IMG/VR virus record: IMGVR_UViG_3300017914_001323 | Location: 1-25,225 of that record | Direction: 5' to 3' (one strand) | DNA: 25,225 nt | Source of the DNA: a virus | Taxonomy: Duplodnaviria; Caudoviricetes | Shown here: piece after piece, positions 16,033 through 25,225 of the stretch | How the letters are laid out: each line of letters opens with the position of its first letter | How positions within the stretch are numbered: the stretch's first letter is position 1 | Position numbers and translations under genes: made by a program | The notes under the pieces: generated by a model | What the model was told of the DNA's origin: nothing | The model's input: the letters and a program-made list of their open reading frames with translations, nothing else | The model's database searches: none

Positions 16033-17220
16033 TTACGAATTATTCGGTGGGAACGGCATGTTATTGTTCCATGTCGCAACATTATCTTTATCCCATCTTG
16101 TACCGTTAATTCCTACAATCGCTGTTACAATGATCCTATTTTCTATGTTTGTTGACCAATCATTTGTTCCATCATATGTACCCCAAGTGATATCAGTGGG
16201 TGAATAGTCACCAGCAGGATCTGTTGTAAATGTAGCAGTGTTGTTATAGAAAGGTGTCTTAATCTTCTTATCACTTTGAACGCCAGCAACACTTCCGTTT
16301 GGAGATCCAACCGTTTGATCCCAAATCCATCCTGGGTTGTAACCTTGCGCAGTATATGTACGACCGTCATTAGCACTACCGCCAGCATTAGAATACATTC
16401 TAAATTTAAAGATGGTGCCGTCCTCAAACTCAAGTCTGTCAATAAAGTCACCTGGGAATGCTGCCAAGGTATTAAACATATTTGTAACACCTGTATTTGT
16501 AAGTTCACCAGATTGTGGATTGGATGCAACATATCTAAATCCGACTTTCGCCTCACTACCCTGATTAATAGGATAGTTTACGTTCATTAGATAAACGCCA
16601 AACTCAGCAGGATCAGGAGCGAGACCAGTGTAACTGATTGTCACTGCTTTATTTGCAAAACTAATTTGATCGGTCGCCTTGAATGTATAGGTAAAATCTC
16701 CACCGTCAGAATCAGTGAGGTTTCCTAGAGTAACATTATTATAAACACTATCTGCTGATAGAGGAGTGAATGTCCAAACGGATGAATCGTTTGTAATGTT
16801 CACGAGATACTGAGCGGAATCTGATGCAACTCCGCTGTAGGTGATAATAGCATCTGGGTTATCTGAATCTGATGCTGGGTTAGTAATGACTAGTGCGGTT
16901 GCAGAATCCGCAATACTGAAAGTAGAATTAAGATCACTATCAAATTGCGGACTCAAGTTTATAAGTGCGACGTTGTACCAACCATTTCCGTTGGATATGT
17001 ACATCCTATTATTGGATTCAACATATGCCTGATCACCAGAAGTTAAGTTGCTAATCGGTAAAGAGTCTAAACTCTGGTAAACCGTTATCGCAGCATCTTG
17101 AGCGATAAGTTCAACCTGAGCAGAATCCAAACCAGGATCTGCATTATCCAATACTTCGGTTCTTACCTCACCATCATCGTTGATGAGTTCCGCCATGAGG
17201 CGGTTGATACTTTTCGCCAT
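16033..17220 (-). CDS. Virion/tail-fibre-associated protein (395 aa)
   Basis: GDQAYV...RMYISNGNGWYNVALINLSP; C-terminal domain unrelated to that of the paralog. Confidence 0.8.
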   Translation of the reverse strand: MAKSINRLMAELINDDGEVRTEVLDNADPGLDSAQVELIAQDAAITVYQSLDSLPISNLTSGDQAYVESNNRMYISNGNGWYNVALINLSPQFDSDLNSTFSIADSATALVITNPASDSDNPDAIITYSGVASDSAQYLVNITNDSSVWTFTPLSADSVYNNVTLGNLTDSDGGDFTYTFKATDQISFANKAVTISYTGLAPDPAEFGVYLMNVNYPINQGSEAKVGFRYVASNPQSGELTNTGVTNMFNTLAAFPGDFIDRLEFEDGTIFKFRMYSNAGGSANDGRTYTAQGYNPGWIWDQTVGSPNGSVAGVQSDKKIKTPFYNNTATFTTDPAGDYSPTDITWGTYDGTNDWSTNIENRIIVTAIVGINGTRWDKDNVATWNNNMPFPPNNS

Positions 17221-17223
17221 ACC

Positions 17224-20200
17224 TTATGCCTGTGATTCTGCCCATGTTATTCTTGATGATGCAGTGAAAGGTTCAGTAGCATTAATCGAAGAAGTATTAA
17301 CAACTTGAACCGCAACCGTTAGGATATCCGGACCATTCGGGAAGATACCATCACCACCCAAGATACTGTTACCCATATCAATCAAATCACCAAGTGAGAA
17401 GTTTGAAGTATTAGAAGAACCGTCGACACCACCTGCCGCACGGAATGAGAATACTTCTGTACCACCAGTAATCTGATCACCCTGATCGTGTTTGATCAAC
17501 TGTGACAACGATGGAGCATCAACGTTTACCCATTTTACAGTACTAATATCACCATTTAGAATCAATTTAACTTCAGAATCGTGAGTCAAAATAAGACCAA
17601 CTTCGTTCAGTTTCAACTGCATTCTATTAATGATATCACGTTCACCTAGATTACCAGTCAGGTTGTTATCAACAGAAGGAGCAAGTCTCAAAGACACAAG
17701 TGGGATAATGTCAGTACCCAAGTTCACGTCATCCCCACCTCCTGCTGGTGTACCAATATTAACTACTGCACCACTTGAAACCGAAGGATAAGATCCTGGT
17801 GTACTCCAACCATCTTGGATAAAGATATGAACACGGAAACTAGAACCACTGTAATCCGTATATGCTACTTCTTCACCATCTAATATTCCATTTAAGAAAA
17901 GTTTCGTACCGTTCGAAAACTTACTTGCATCAGACGTAGGGAATGGGATCCTTACATACCAATCATATGTTCTCTTGGATCTATTATAAATTCTGATCAG
18001 AGAAGATCCACCGTTTGTAGTTGCTGTATTTGCCTGACCGTTTGTAAAGGTCAAGTTTTTAGACGGAGCAGTGAACAGGTATGCCTTATCGTCATCGAAT
18101 GTACCATCCATAATAACCGATGTACCCCAGTGGAATAGAGTCGGTGCATATGTTGGACTTTCATCATTCTCAATTTCATACTTTGCAGGCAAGTTACCTG
18201 AACGCATATATGCTTCATCCAATCTGTTGTTATGGATAAATTCGTGAACGTATCTCACATGACCTTTCCGATCTTTAAATCCGAAACGAATTTTACCAGC
18301 ACCATACCATGAATAATCCATGTATGCCATTTGGATTTTAGTTTTATCAAGTATGAAACCTTCTTTACCAGTTCCATCACACTTATCTAAATTCCAATCC
18401 TCCTGAGAAACTTTAACATCCTCAGTTTTTGTTAAAATGATTCCGTCTGCTGAAACCCCACGATACTGAGGTTGTACATACATTTCTGTTCTATTTACGA
18501 TTTTTACAACTTTGTATGTTTGCCCACGAATAACGATCTTATCATTCTTAACCAACTGACCTGAGAAGTTTGTATTAGTTCCTTCGATAAATCCGCTATT
18601 TTTACTTGCACGAATTGTTCCTGATAACTGAGTAGTTGAAGCACGTCTTACACAATGAAGAACCGTTCCATCCCATTCAAAGAAGAATCCGTTCTGATTA
18701 TCAAACATACCAGCACGAACAGCAGAACCTGAATACCCATTGACAGTATATTGTATGATACCGTTTGGAATAGATTGGTTAGGAGCGTTATCCGCAGTGT
18801 ATGTAAAGTTGTAATCATCAACTACAGATGCAATTTCTTGTTCACCATTAAAGTTTGTATCAGATGCACCAACAACATTAATATTCATACCAACTGTAAG
18901 ACGGTGTGGATATTTTGTCTTACAACGTACAGTAGTTCCACTTGAACTGATTGTTTCAAGAATCACTGGTGGGTTGAAGTTAATCGCCAGTGATGTTTGA
19001 ATACCTTTACCAGACTGATAACGGAAATACTTACGAGTCTGACGAGTAATCTGAGACAACGGAGCAGTGCCAGCGGCAATCTCAACACCACCGTCAAACG
19101 GTCTATGAACTGAGTATCCATCTGGTTTCGTGTATACGTTTGTTACAACGAAGTGATCTTGATCTTCTACAGTTACTGTAGCATCTGAGGTCAGTTCCAT
19201 ATTTTCATCATCTGAAATAGTTCCAACCGTATAATCATAAAGTCTACCAGGATCATCAGTATCGTCTTTAACGAATATTTTATCCCCTGCTTTAAAGAAC
19301 CTCTTAAACAAAGTTTGAGTTCCAGTTACTTTTCTTGAACCTGAGGTTGTACTAACTGTACCTGTTGCTTTAGTTCTACCCGCAATAGACTTAGTTGTAA
19401 TTTTATGAACTGAAGATGCAGAGTCAGCATTTACGTCAATCGGATTTGATCCTACTTCAGCATCTTCAATAGAAGTCATAAGTTGAATATTATTATCATC
19501 AACTGCGAATACATAATAATCATCGCCATCGGTTAGATCATTAAGAGCAGACCCAGTGGTCACTTCATAAGATACTTTTGTACCTGACAAAAATGGATGA
19601 CCACCAACAATCGGAATATTATTATCAGAATCAATATTCACTACATCAAGTGTTTCTGAGTTACCACCTATTTCAAAAGGTGTTTCCAATCTTATGAAAT
19701 TATCCCCTACAGACTCTGCTAAGAATGAACCATCAGCAGCACCTTGAACTTCTTTAAGAGTAAATTTCAAATTATTGGAGTCATTATAACCAGAACCTGA
19801 TGTTGTGATATCAATCGCTGCACCACCTCCAGTTAAAGAAAATCTATCATTGTTGATAACTTGAGTTTGATATGTAGTTCCGTCAACCAACCCTTGCTTA
19901 ACGAACCCAGCATCAATAGCATCAACAATACCGTCCATCAATGTTTGAACTTTTGTGACGTTCATATCAAGTTGGTTTGTTCCCATAAAGAACAAACGAC
20001 CATTTACGTCTTGTTTATTTCTTGAGAAGTTATAATGAATGCTATATGTGCTGTTACCATAGTTATACTGATAGTGGTTAGCAGATGAATTATAATGCCA
20101 CCAGTTTGTTGTATTTACAATAGTGAAGTTAATTTGTACAAATGAATTAACAGATCGTTCACCATAACTGTGAGCGAATTCGTACACGTATGTATCACCA

Positions 20201-22851
20201 GTAGTTGAACCTACTTTTACATGTCTACGATAGCGATCGATGTTTCTAGATGCACTATTCCATCTTATGTAAGAATAGTTATATGCTCTCCAGTAGTTAT
20301 TAGTGCCATTATCATTAACATGCGCAGCACTCGTTGCTCCATCAATTTCCAAATAATATGGAATAGAAGCATTTTGTTGCCACGGAGTAGCAAGTCTCCA
20401 GAAACCATATGGTTTTAGGACACCACCTTGAGTTTCAAAAAGGTTCTTAGCATTAGTTTTATTGAAGTTCCCAAGATACATATCTTGCGCACTTGGGTAA
20501 GCATATCCAACACGTGAATTATTTCTATATATGTCAGTGTATGAGTTCGTGTATCTCATATTAACATATTGTACAGGAGAAGTTCCTGAAGAAATTCCAG
20601 TTGTTATTAATTGTTCAGAATTACCGTTATGGTTTGCAGTTACCATATCTTGGTGGTATGTTAGACTTGGGATATAAGTGTCATTTAAGTAATCATCAAT
20701 GACCTTAAATAGCAGAGGATTGTTACCTCCCTCACCAACTTCCCAGTTAGGATCTGTTTGACCTGAATCTGACGCTGGTAAAGTAGGTGATCCACCAACA
20801 TTAAATTCAATGTCTTGACCACTAATCAACCCATGATTCTGAATAAAGAATGAGTTTGCAGTTGGGTTAGGAATGTTTGCCGTTACTCCATAAGCACCAT
20901 CAGAATCGCCTTTCGCTTCTAAAATTCTTTTACCCTGCAATCTAAATCTATCTTCAGAAGCAACTTCTACATAATATTCACCATCAGAGAGAGTTGAGTT
21001 AGTGTTTGCATTATTGATAGTCGTTGTACCTTCATGGATAACTGGAGCGTTTCCTGACTTCGTTTTCCATTCCACAGTTTGACTATTTTTCATTCCATGA
21101 CCTTCAGAGAAAAAGGTGTCTGCTTCATTATCGTAGATAAACGGAAGAATGAAAATTCTTCTATTACCCCAATAATAACGATAAGAACCATTCCAATAAT
21201 ATTTACGAAGTCTCCAATAAGTCGATCCAGCAAAACCATTATAACCTGCCCAGTTATACGTTCTGAAACGCTCGAAGTCTTCTAATAAATTCCACCTTGA
21301 AGGTTGATTTGTTGCGGCACTTGGATCGTATTCAGGGAATCTCCAGTATGTTGCATTATTTCCATATGCTGTGCCTGAATAGCGATCGTATTGTGGAGTG
21401 TAGTATGAGATGTATCTTGCGGTATATGCTGGCATAGCATAGTTACGAACAAGCACCATGGTTCCGTTCCATGTACCACCAAGACCTCTAGTTCCATCGT
21501 AGGTGAATCTTAAATCATAACCTGAAGCATTTGCTCCATATTGCCACGACCAAACATAGTTGTAAGAATATGAGTCACGATAGTTCGCTTGAGTATAGCG
21601 AATTTCATATACTAGGTGAAGTGAATGTTGTGCATAGGAATCATCACCAGAAGAACTAAAGTTTACTTTTCCACCGTTGTATGATGCTGATAGTTCAATA
21701 GTGTTCTCATCAACAACTCGAACATAATAAAAATCAAGACGTGATAATCCACCAATCGCCGCACCACCAGCAGGTGGGTTATATAAAAGAACATAGTTAG
21801 TTCTCATCTGGTGGTTAGTCCATGTGATTCTACTGTTCGCTTGATCAATAGCATCATTATTAAAATATAACGCATACCTTCCTCTAATTTGAGTTGTATG
21901 TGTTTTGCTTAGATCAAGCGAAAGTTCTTGGTCAATAAAATTTTCAGGATCAACAAAATTTCTATCATCACCAGCAGTTCCGCTATCCTGCATTTTTATA
22001 GATTTTGAAGCAACAGTATTTACAAGATAAAAGTTTGATTTTTCAACGAAACCGTGAACGTCAGGAGTTTGTATAGTAACCCTTGACTGATCCGCTCCAT
22101 CTGTAGTTAAACCTGAATCTAAGTCGTAAGGAATCTGTGAACCAGCGTAAAACGAACCAGGAGTGATAGCAGTGTAAAGTGAACCGATTTCACCAGTTAA
22201 TGTTTGGAACGAATTTGCACGATAGAAGAAGTTATTTGAATCAGCAGAAGTAATTAGGAATTTACCTTCTGCAGTACGGAAGTCCAAACCAGATACATCA
22301 ATAGGTGTACCAACAACAAGATTGTGTGCATCAGTACATTCAACTTTAATGATGTCAGAACCTTCAGTCGCTAAGACTCTATCAACAATATCAAGAGCGG
22401 TATCACCGTCAGCAATATAAAACGAAGGAACGTTATTTGATAATTCTAAAGTTTCCCACTTTGTAGGTTGTAGTCCATATTCAAAGTCTGTGTCAATAAG
22501 GTTTTCGGGAGTTGATACTCTAATTTTATGAACAGGGTCAAGTAACGAATCAGAAACTTCTACTTCGTTTTCTGGGTGGTCAACGATAATTTGTATGTTT
22601 GAGTTTGAGTCGATATTTAAAGCAGAAAGATCGGTCTCAAGTTGAATCGTTGTTTCTTCAGTTACCGTGTCAAACGTAACCCCTTTGTGACCTTTCGTAG
22701 TGTCAGCAAAGTTGTAAAGTATAGTTCCGCCAGTGTCTGGTGTTACATCAGTGATCAGTTGAAACTGTTCTGCTCTGTAAAAACCTTTTACGGTAATCTT
22801 ATCGCTATCGGAATTGATAACGTAATTTGTTCCGAGTATTTTCTTTCCCAT
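17224..22851 (-). CDS. Large virion structural/tail-fibre-like protein (1875 aa)
   Basis: Long beta-rich ORF with repeated H(G/N)(L/F/M)xxG modules. Motifs RVSTPENLIDTDFEYGLQPTKWE and RQTRKYFRYQSGKG are recalled from marine myovirus structural proteins. Downstream of a late promoter. Confidence 0.82.
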   Translation of the reverse strand: MGKKILGTNYVINSDSDKITVKGFYRAEQFQLITDVTPDTGGTILYNFADTTKGHKGVTFDTVTEETTIQLETDLSALNIDSNSNIQIIVDHPENEVEVSDSLLDPVHKIRVSTPENLIDTDFEYGLQPTKWETLELSNNVPSFYIADGDTALDIVDRVLATEGSDIIKVECTDAHNLVVGTPIDVSGLDFRTAEGKFLITSADSNNFFYRANSFQTLTGEIGSLYTAITPGSFYAGSQIPYDLDSGLTTDGADQSRVTIQTPDVHGFVEKSNFYLVNTVASKSIKMQDSGTAGDDRNFVDPENFIDQELSLDLSKTHTTQIRGRYALYFNNDAIDQANSRITWTNHQMRTNYVLLYNPPAGGAAIGGLSRLDFYYVRVVDENTIELSASYNGGKVNFSSSGDDSYAQHSLHLVYEIRYTQANYRDSYSYNYVWSWQYGANASGYDLRFTYDGTRGLGGTWNGTMVLVRNYAMPAYTARYISYYTPQYDRYSGTAYGNNATYWRFPEYDPSAATNQPSRWNLLEDFERFRTYNWAGYNGFAGSTYWRLRKYYWNGSYRYYWGNRRIFILPFIYDNEADTFFSEGHGMKNSQTVEWKTKSGNAPVIHEGTTTINNANTNSTLSDGEYYVEVASEDRFRLQGKRILEAKGDSDGAYGVTANIPNPTANSFFIQNHGLISGQDIEFNVGGSPTLPASDSGQTDPNWEVGEGGNNPLLFKVIDDYLNDTYIPSLTYHQDMVTANHNGNSEQLITTGISSGTSPVQYVNMRYTNSYTDIYRNNSRVGYAYPSAQDMYLGNFNKTNAKNLFETQGGVLKPYGFWRLATPWQQNASIPYYLEIDGATSAAHVNDNGTNNYWRAYNYSYIRWNSASRNIDRYRRHVKVGSTTGDTYVYEFAHSYGERSVNSFVQINFTIVNTTNWWHYNSSANHYQYNYGNSTYSIHYNFSRNKQDVNGRLFFMGTNQLDMNVTKVQTLMDGIVDAIDAGFVKQGLVDGTTYQTQVINNDRFSLTGGGAAIDITTSGSGYNDSNNLKFTLKEVQGAADGSFLAESVGDNFIRLETPFEIGGNSETLDVVNIDSDNNIPIVGGHPFLSGTKVSYEVTTGSALNDLTDGDDYYVFAVDDNNIQLMTSIEDAEVGSNPIDVNADSASSVHKITTKSIAGRTKATGTVSTTSGSRKVTGTQTLFKRFFKAGDKIFVKDDTDDPGRLYDYTVGTISDDENMELTSDATVTVEDQDHFVVTNVYTKPDGYSVHRPFDGGVEIAAGTAPLSQITRQTRKYFRYQSGKGIQTSLAINFNPPVILETISSSGTTVRCKTKYPHRLTVGMNINVVGASDTNFNGEQEIASVVDDYNFTYTADNAPNQSIPNGIIQYTVNGYSGSAVRAGMFDNQNGFFFEWDGTVLHCVRRASTTQLSGTIRASKNSGFIEGTNTNFSGQLVKNDKIVIRGQTYKVVKIVNRTEMYVQPQYRGVSADGIILTKTEDVKVSQEDWNLDKCDGTGKEGFILDKTKIQMAYMDYSWYGAGKIRFGFKDRKGHVRYVHEFIHNNRLDEAYMRSGNLPAKYEIENDESPTYAPTLFHWGTSVIMDGTFDDDKAYLFTAPSKNLTFTNGQANTATTNGGSSLIRIYNRSKRTYDWYVRIPFPTSDASKFSNGTKLFLNGILDGEEVAYTDYSGSSFRVHIFIQDGWSTPGSYPSVSSGAVVNIGTPAGGGDDVNLGTDIIPLVSLRLAPSVDNNLTGNLGERDIINRMQLKLNEVGLILTHDSEVKLILNGDISTVKWVNVDAPSLSQLIKHDQGDQITGGTEVFSFRAAGGVDGSSNTSNFSLGDLIDMGNSILGGDGIFPNGPDILTVAVQVVNTSSINATEPFTASSRITWAESQA

Positions 22852-22855
22852 ATTC

Positions 22856-23113
22856 TTATCCTAATGCAACAGCGAATGCGATAGATTCTGCTTTAGTAAC
22901 GTCACCGCCACCACCGCCTCCTCCTCCAGAGAAGTTTGGTAATGTAACTGAACCAAGTGCTGAAAGATTTCCTTCAACAGCAACCGCACCATCAACGTCT
23001 AAGTCGCCTTCAAAGTAACCATGTCGAAAACGATTATTGTTATGCCCGAAGTCCATAGAATTATGTTCACCAGGAACGATTCCGTTTTCTACTCTAAATG
23101 CTGTAGTTGCCAT
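22856..23113 (-). CDS. Small fibre-associated protein (85 aa) with Gly8 linker and IAFAVALG C-terminus
   Basis: AAGGAG RBS and TATAAATA promoter directly upstream. Confidence 0.85.
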   Translation of the reverse strand: MATTAFRVENGIVPGEHNSMDFGHNNNRFRHGYFEGDLDVDGAVAVEGNLSALGSVTLPNFSGGGGGGGGDVTKAESIAFAVALG

Positions 23114-23131
23114 CTGGGTCTCCTTTGCCCT

Positions 23132-23139
23132 TATTTATA
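23132..23139 (-). promoter_or_regulatory. T4-type late promoter
   Basis: Exact TATAAATA overlapping the upstream stop codon, 18 nt before the next ATG. Confidence 0.85.
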
Positions 23140-23563
23140 CCTTCTTTACATCAACTCTTTCAAACGAGAACTGCAACCTATTTGAAATTTGAGGATCTGC
23201 AGTTAGTGAAACTTGATCGCTAGAATCTATAGAGCAATCATAGTTGACGATAGTATTTGACGAATGTAAAAGTGTTCCGTATGTAACCAATGTAGCAGTA
23301 TCACCATCATGCGTTACATATATTTGTTGTGCCTGATGATCACTATCAGCAGGAGTGTTACAAGAAATATGATAGTGCGCTGCTCTAATCTCAGTTCCAT
23401 CAAAGGTGTCGATAGTTGCCTGATTTGAATCAGTGGTAGATGCAGTGATACGTTGAACTGCTTCTGTGTTCTCTGCTTTCAATACTACCTTTTCTTCACC
23501 ATCTTCAGTTTTTCTTCTGAATAGTTTAGCGATTAGTCTTGCTTTTGTTCTTCTTCTTGCCAT
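23135..23563 (-). CDS. Fibre-associated domain protein (142 aa; start revised to ATG 23563)
   Basis: TAATG coupling. IDTF...RAAHYHI...VTHDGDTATLVTYG resembles a domain recurrent in marine T4-like fibre proteins. Confidence 0.82.
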   Translation of the reverse strand: MARRRTKARLIAKLFRRKTEDGEEKVVLKAENTEAVQRITASTTDSNQATIDTFDGTEIRAAHYHISCNTPADSDHQAQQIYVTHDGDTATLVTYGTLLHSSNTIVNYDCSIDSSDQVSLTADPQISNRLQFSFERVDVKKV

Positions 23564-24111
23564 TATGTTACCCACCTTTGAACTGGTCCCGAAGTACCAG
23601 TATCTGCTTCTGCTGAATCAAGATTAGTACGAAGAGTAGAAATCAGTGTTTCTGCTGAATCAACATCAGACCTTAATGTTACTATTAATCCATTTGCTGA
23701 ATCAAGTTCTGCTTGAGATGCACCACCACCTCCACCGCCACCGCCATTAGTCTGAGCGGAATCTAAGTCTGCTTCAAGAGCAGGTCTCACCATCACGATA
23801 TTTGTACTTAAATCAGACTCTGCAAAAGATGTGCTAAATCCATATCCACCATACCATTGAGAATCAGTGTTTGGTTCGTATAGATGTGGTTCGTACATGA
23901 CAAACTCGTGTGGATCATCACCTCCAGCGAATTGACGATAACTGGTAAAACCACTATCACTTGGTAGAACAGTGATTATACCAGAGTTGTTATCGGATTC
24001 GCCGAACGGTTCAGGTGCTGTGCTGTTAAAGACTGCTGATAAGTCAATGACATAATCAGAATCTGGGACAGCAGTGCCAGTGCCGTGTATGGTACCACTA
24101 CGAGTCGGCAT
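23563..24111 (-). CDS. Virion-associated protein with Gly8 linker and short coiled coil (182 aa)
   Basis: Fills the operon; 14-aa periodic (L/V)DSA repeats. Confidence 0.82.
   Translation of the reverse strand: MPTRSGTIHGTGTAVPDSDYVIDLSAVFNSTAPEPFGESDNNSGIITVLPSDSGFTSYRQFAGGDDPHEFVMYEPHLYEPNTDSQWYGGYGFSTSFAESDLSTNIVMVRPALEADLDSAQTNGGGGGGGGASQAELDSANGLIVTLRSDVDSAETLISTLRTNLDSAEADTGTSGPVQRWVT
23611..23705. repeat. 42-nt periodic coding repeat (3 copies of TGCTGAATCAA)
   Basis: Copies at 23611, 23653 and 23695; they encode the DSA unit of a 14-aa repeat. Confidence 0.85.
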
Positions 24112-24114
24112 TTA

Positions 24115-25224
24115 TCAAGTACCACCCTCAGGGAATAAGTAAGTACCATTCTTTGCCACAGCAATATTATATCCCCAATGGTCAGCATCACCTCCTACTT
24201 TATGGATACGGAATGCACGATATACATTTCCATCAGCATCTGTTACACGTTCTCCTGTATAGAATGAATCATCGTTTGTACGATAGAAGTTCATCATACG
24301 TGCCTTACCTTTATAATCCCAATGTCTAGTCTGTCTTATAGTTGTTCCATAAGAACCTTCATACATCATAGGTTGAATCATGTATGCATTATCACCGTTT
24401 GACATAGGTATTCTTTGTGGCGTTTCATGCCATGCAGGTGGCCAGAAAGAAGTATAATCAGGCATTCGCGTTTGGGTCGAATAATATCCAGTAGAATAAC
24501 CACTATTCAGTGCGATTGCAGTATTTTGACCATTTGTGTGTTCACCAACAACTTGATTTTTGAACACAAGGAATTGTTTTCTATCATTGGTCGCATCAAC
24601 TTGTCCTGATGTGTGATTCTGCTCTAACTTTTTATCCGCTGACCAAACACCCACTGTTGGGCAATAATCAGCATACTGAGAAAATAGATGATCATCTAGA
24701 TTAGGTTGATATTCTTGGTCAATCATAGAAGCGAAAAAATGCCAATCCTGTGTATTACTATTTCTGTTGGATCTTAATACGAATACCTTATCATTAACAA
24801 TCCCTTCCCAAGAATACCATTGAGATCCAAGACCGTGGTTTACCTGATAAATGCCATTAGTTGTATTTGTATAACCATTCCAATCACCGCCTGTGTTACC
24901 AGGAAGACCATTTTGTGAATAGTGAGTGTACATTCTAGGAACCTGACCCCAGTCGTTTACCCATCTAAAATAAAACTCTCTGTATGGTTGGTAACTTGAA
25001 TTTATAGTCATACCATAATGATATTTTCTAAATACAAAATACTGATCATTGTATTGTGCTTGAGAACCAGTATTCGTGTTTCGTGCTGTATAAATTCCAT
25101 TAGTCGGTCTTGCTCCAGTGATTACTGATGCTCCCCTGTTGAATACAGTAGAATTAAGACCAGAGGTGTTTGTGATAGTTCCAGTAATAACACCATAAAG
25201 ACCTGCCATCGCAAGGTAACGCTG
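24115..25224 (-). CDS. Virion/tail-associated protein, probably 5'-truncated by the window edge
   Basis: Frame stays open upstream of ATG 25209 (QRYLA-MAGLY) with no SD; rich in Y/W/N/G. Confidence 0.75.
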   Translation of the reverse strand, partial: QRYLAMAGLYGVITGTITNTSGLNSTVFNRGASVITGARPTNGIYTARNTNTGSQAQYNDQYFVFRKYHYGMTINSSYQPYREFYFRWVNDWGQVPRMYTHYSQNGLPGNTGGDWNGYTNTTNGIYQVNHGLGSQWYSWEGIVNDKVFVLRSNRNSNTQDWHFFASMIDQEYQPNLDDHLFSQYADYCPTVGVWSADKKLEQNHTSGQVDATNDRKQFLVFKNQVVGEHTNGQNTAIALNSGYSTGYYSTQTRMPDYTSFWPPAWHETPQRIPMSNGDNAYMIQPMMYEGSYGTTIRQTRHWDYKGKARMMNFYRTNDDSFYTGERVTDADGNVYRAFRIHKVGGDADHWGYNIAVAKNGTYLFPEGGT

Positions 25225-25225
25225 G

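Noticed and set aside
16143-16556. 137-aa +1-frame ORF inside the 395-aa gene
   Set aside because: GTG start without a convincing SD, no local composition shift noticed, and an L/I/V/Q-rich composition expected from T/A-ending codons. It serves as a background example of chance +1 ORFs.
14354-17220. Diversity-generating retroelement or invertible cassette among the fibre paralogs
   Set aside because: No reverse transcriptase, recombinase, near-identical TR/VR pair or flanking inverted repeats were seen in the window.
23611-23705. Periodic 11-nt repeats as a mini-CRISPR array
   Set aside because: The repeat is too short, the period is a multiple of 3, and it is fully explained by a protein repeat.
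3398-24609. Remaining plus-strand ORFs in the track (for example 3627-3995, 12534-12812, 16276-16590, 22827-23018)
   Set aside because: All are antisense to well-supported genes and lack motifs. The poly-Pro in 22827-23018 is just the complement of the Gly8 codons.
1-25225. tRNA, rRNA, IS elements or homing endonucleases
   Set aside because: Intergenic gaps are small and accounted for. No cloverleaf, transposase, GIY-YIG or HNH motifs were recognised by eye.

Overview
A 25 kb piece of an AT-rich T4-like myovirus genome, most similar in gene order to marine cyanophage/pelagiphage-type T4 relatives. All credible genes lie on the minus strand. In transcription order (right to left) there is first a virion/tail-fibre gene block (about 14.3-25.2 kb), then the core replication/recombination module: uvsY, uvsW, a hypothetical gene, gp55, an inserted sulfotransferase, gp47, gp46, gp45, a hypothetical gene, gp44, glutaredoxin, a hypothetical gene, gp62, regA, peroxiredoxin, a membrane protein, Hsp20, several micro-ORFs, a lysozyme and gp43. 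The DNA polymerase gp43 is missing from the ORF track because it runs off the left edge. Reading by hand adds five N17-spaced sigma70-type promoters, T4 late promoters and a terminator. The unannotated items most worth following up are: a ROSE-like RNA thermometer on hsp20; a 35-aa metallothionein-like gene coupled to the lysozyme; a GC-rich island inside gp46 that coincides with an RBS-preceded, very basic +1-frame ORF; a membrane-anchored ORF nested in the lysozyme gene; an antisense promoter back-to-back with the gp55 promoter; and strong Asp-Ser (DS) enrichment in the virion proteins. All family assignments come from motif recognition; no database searches were run.
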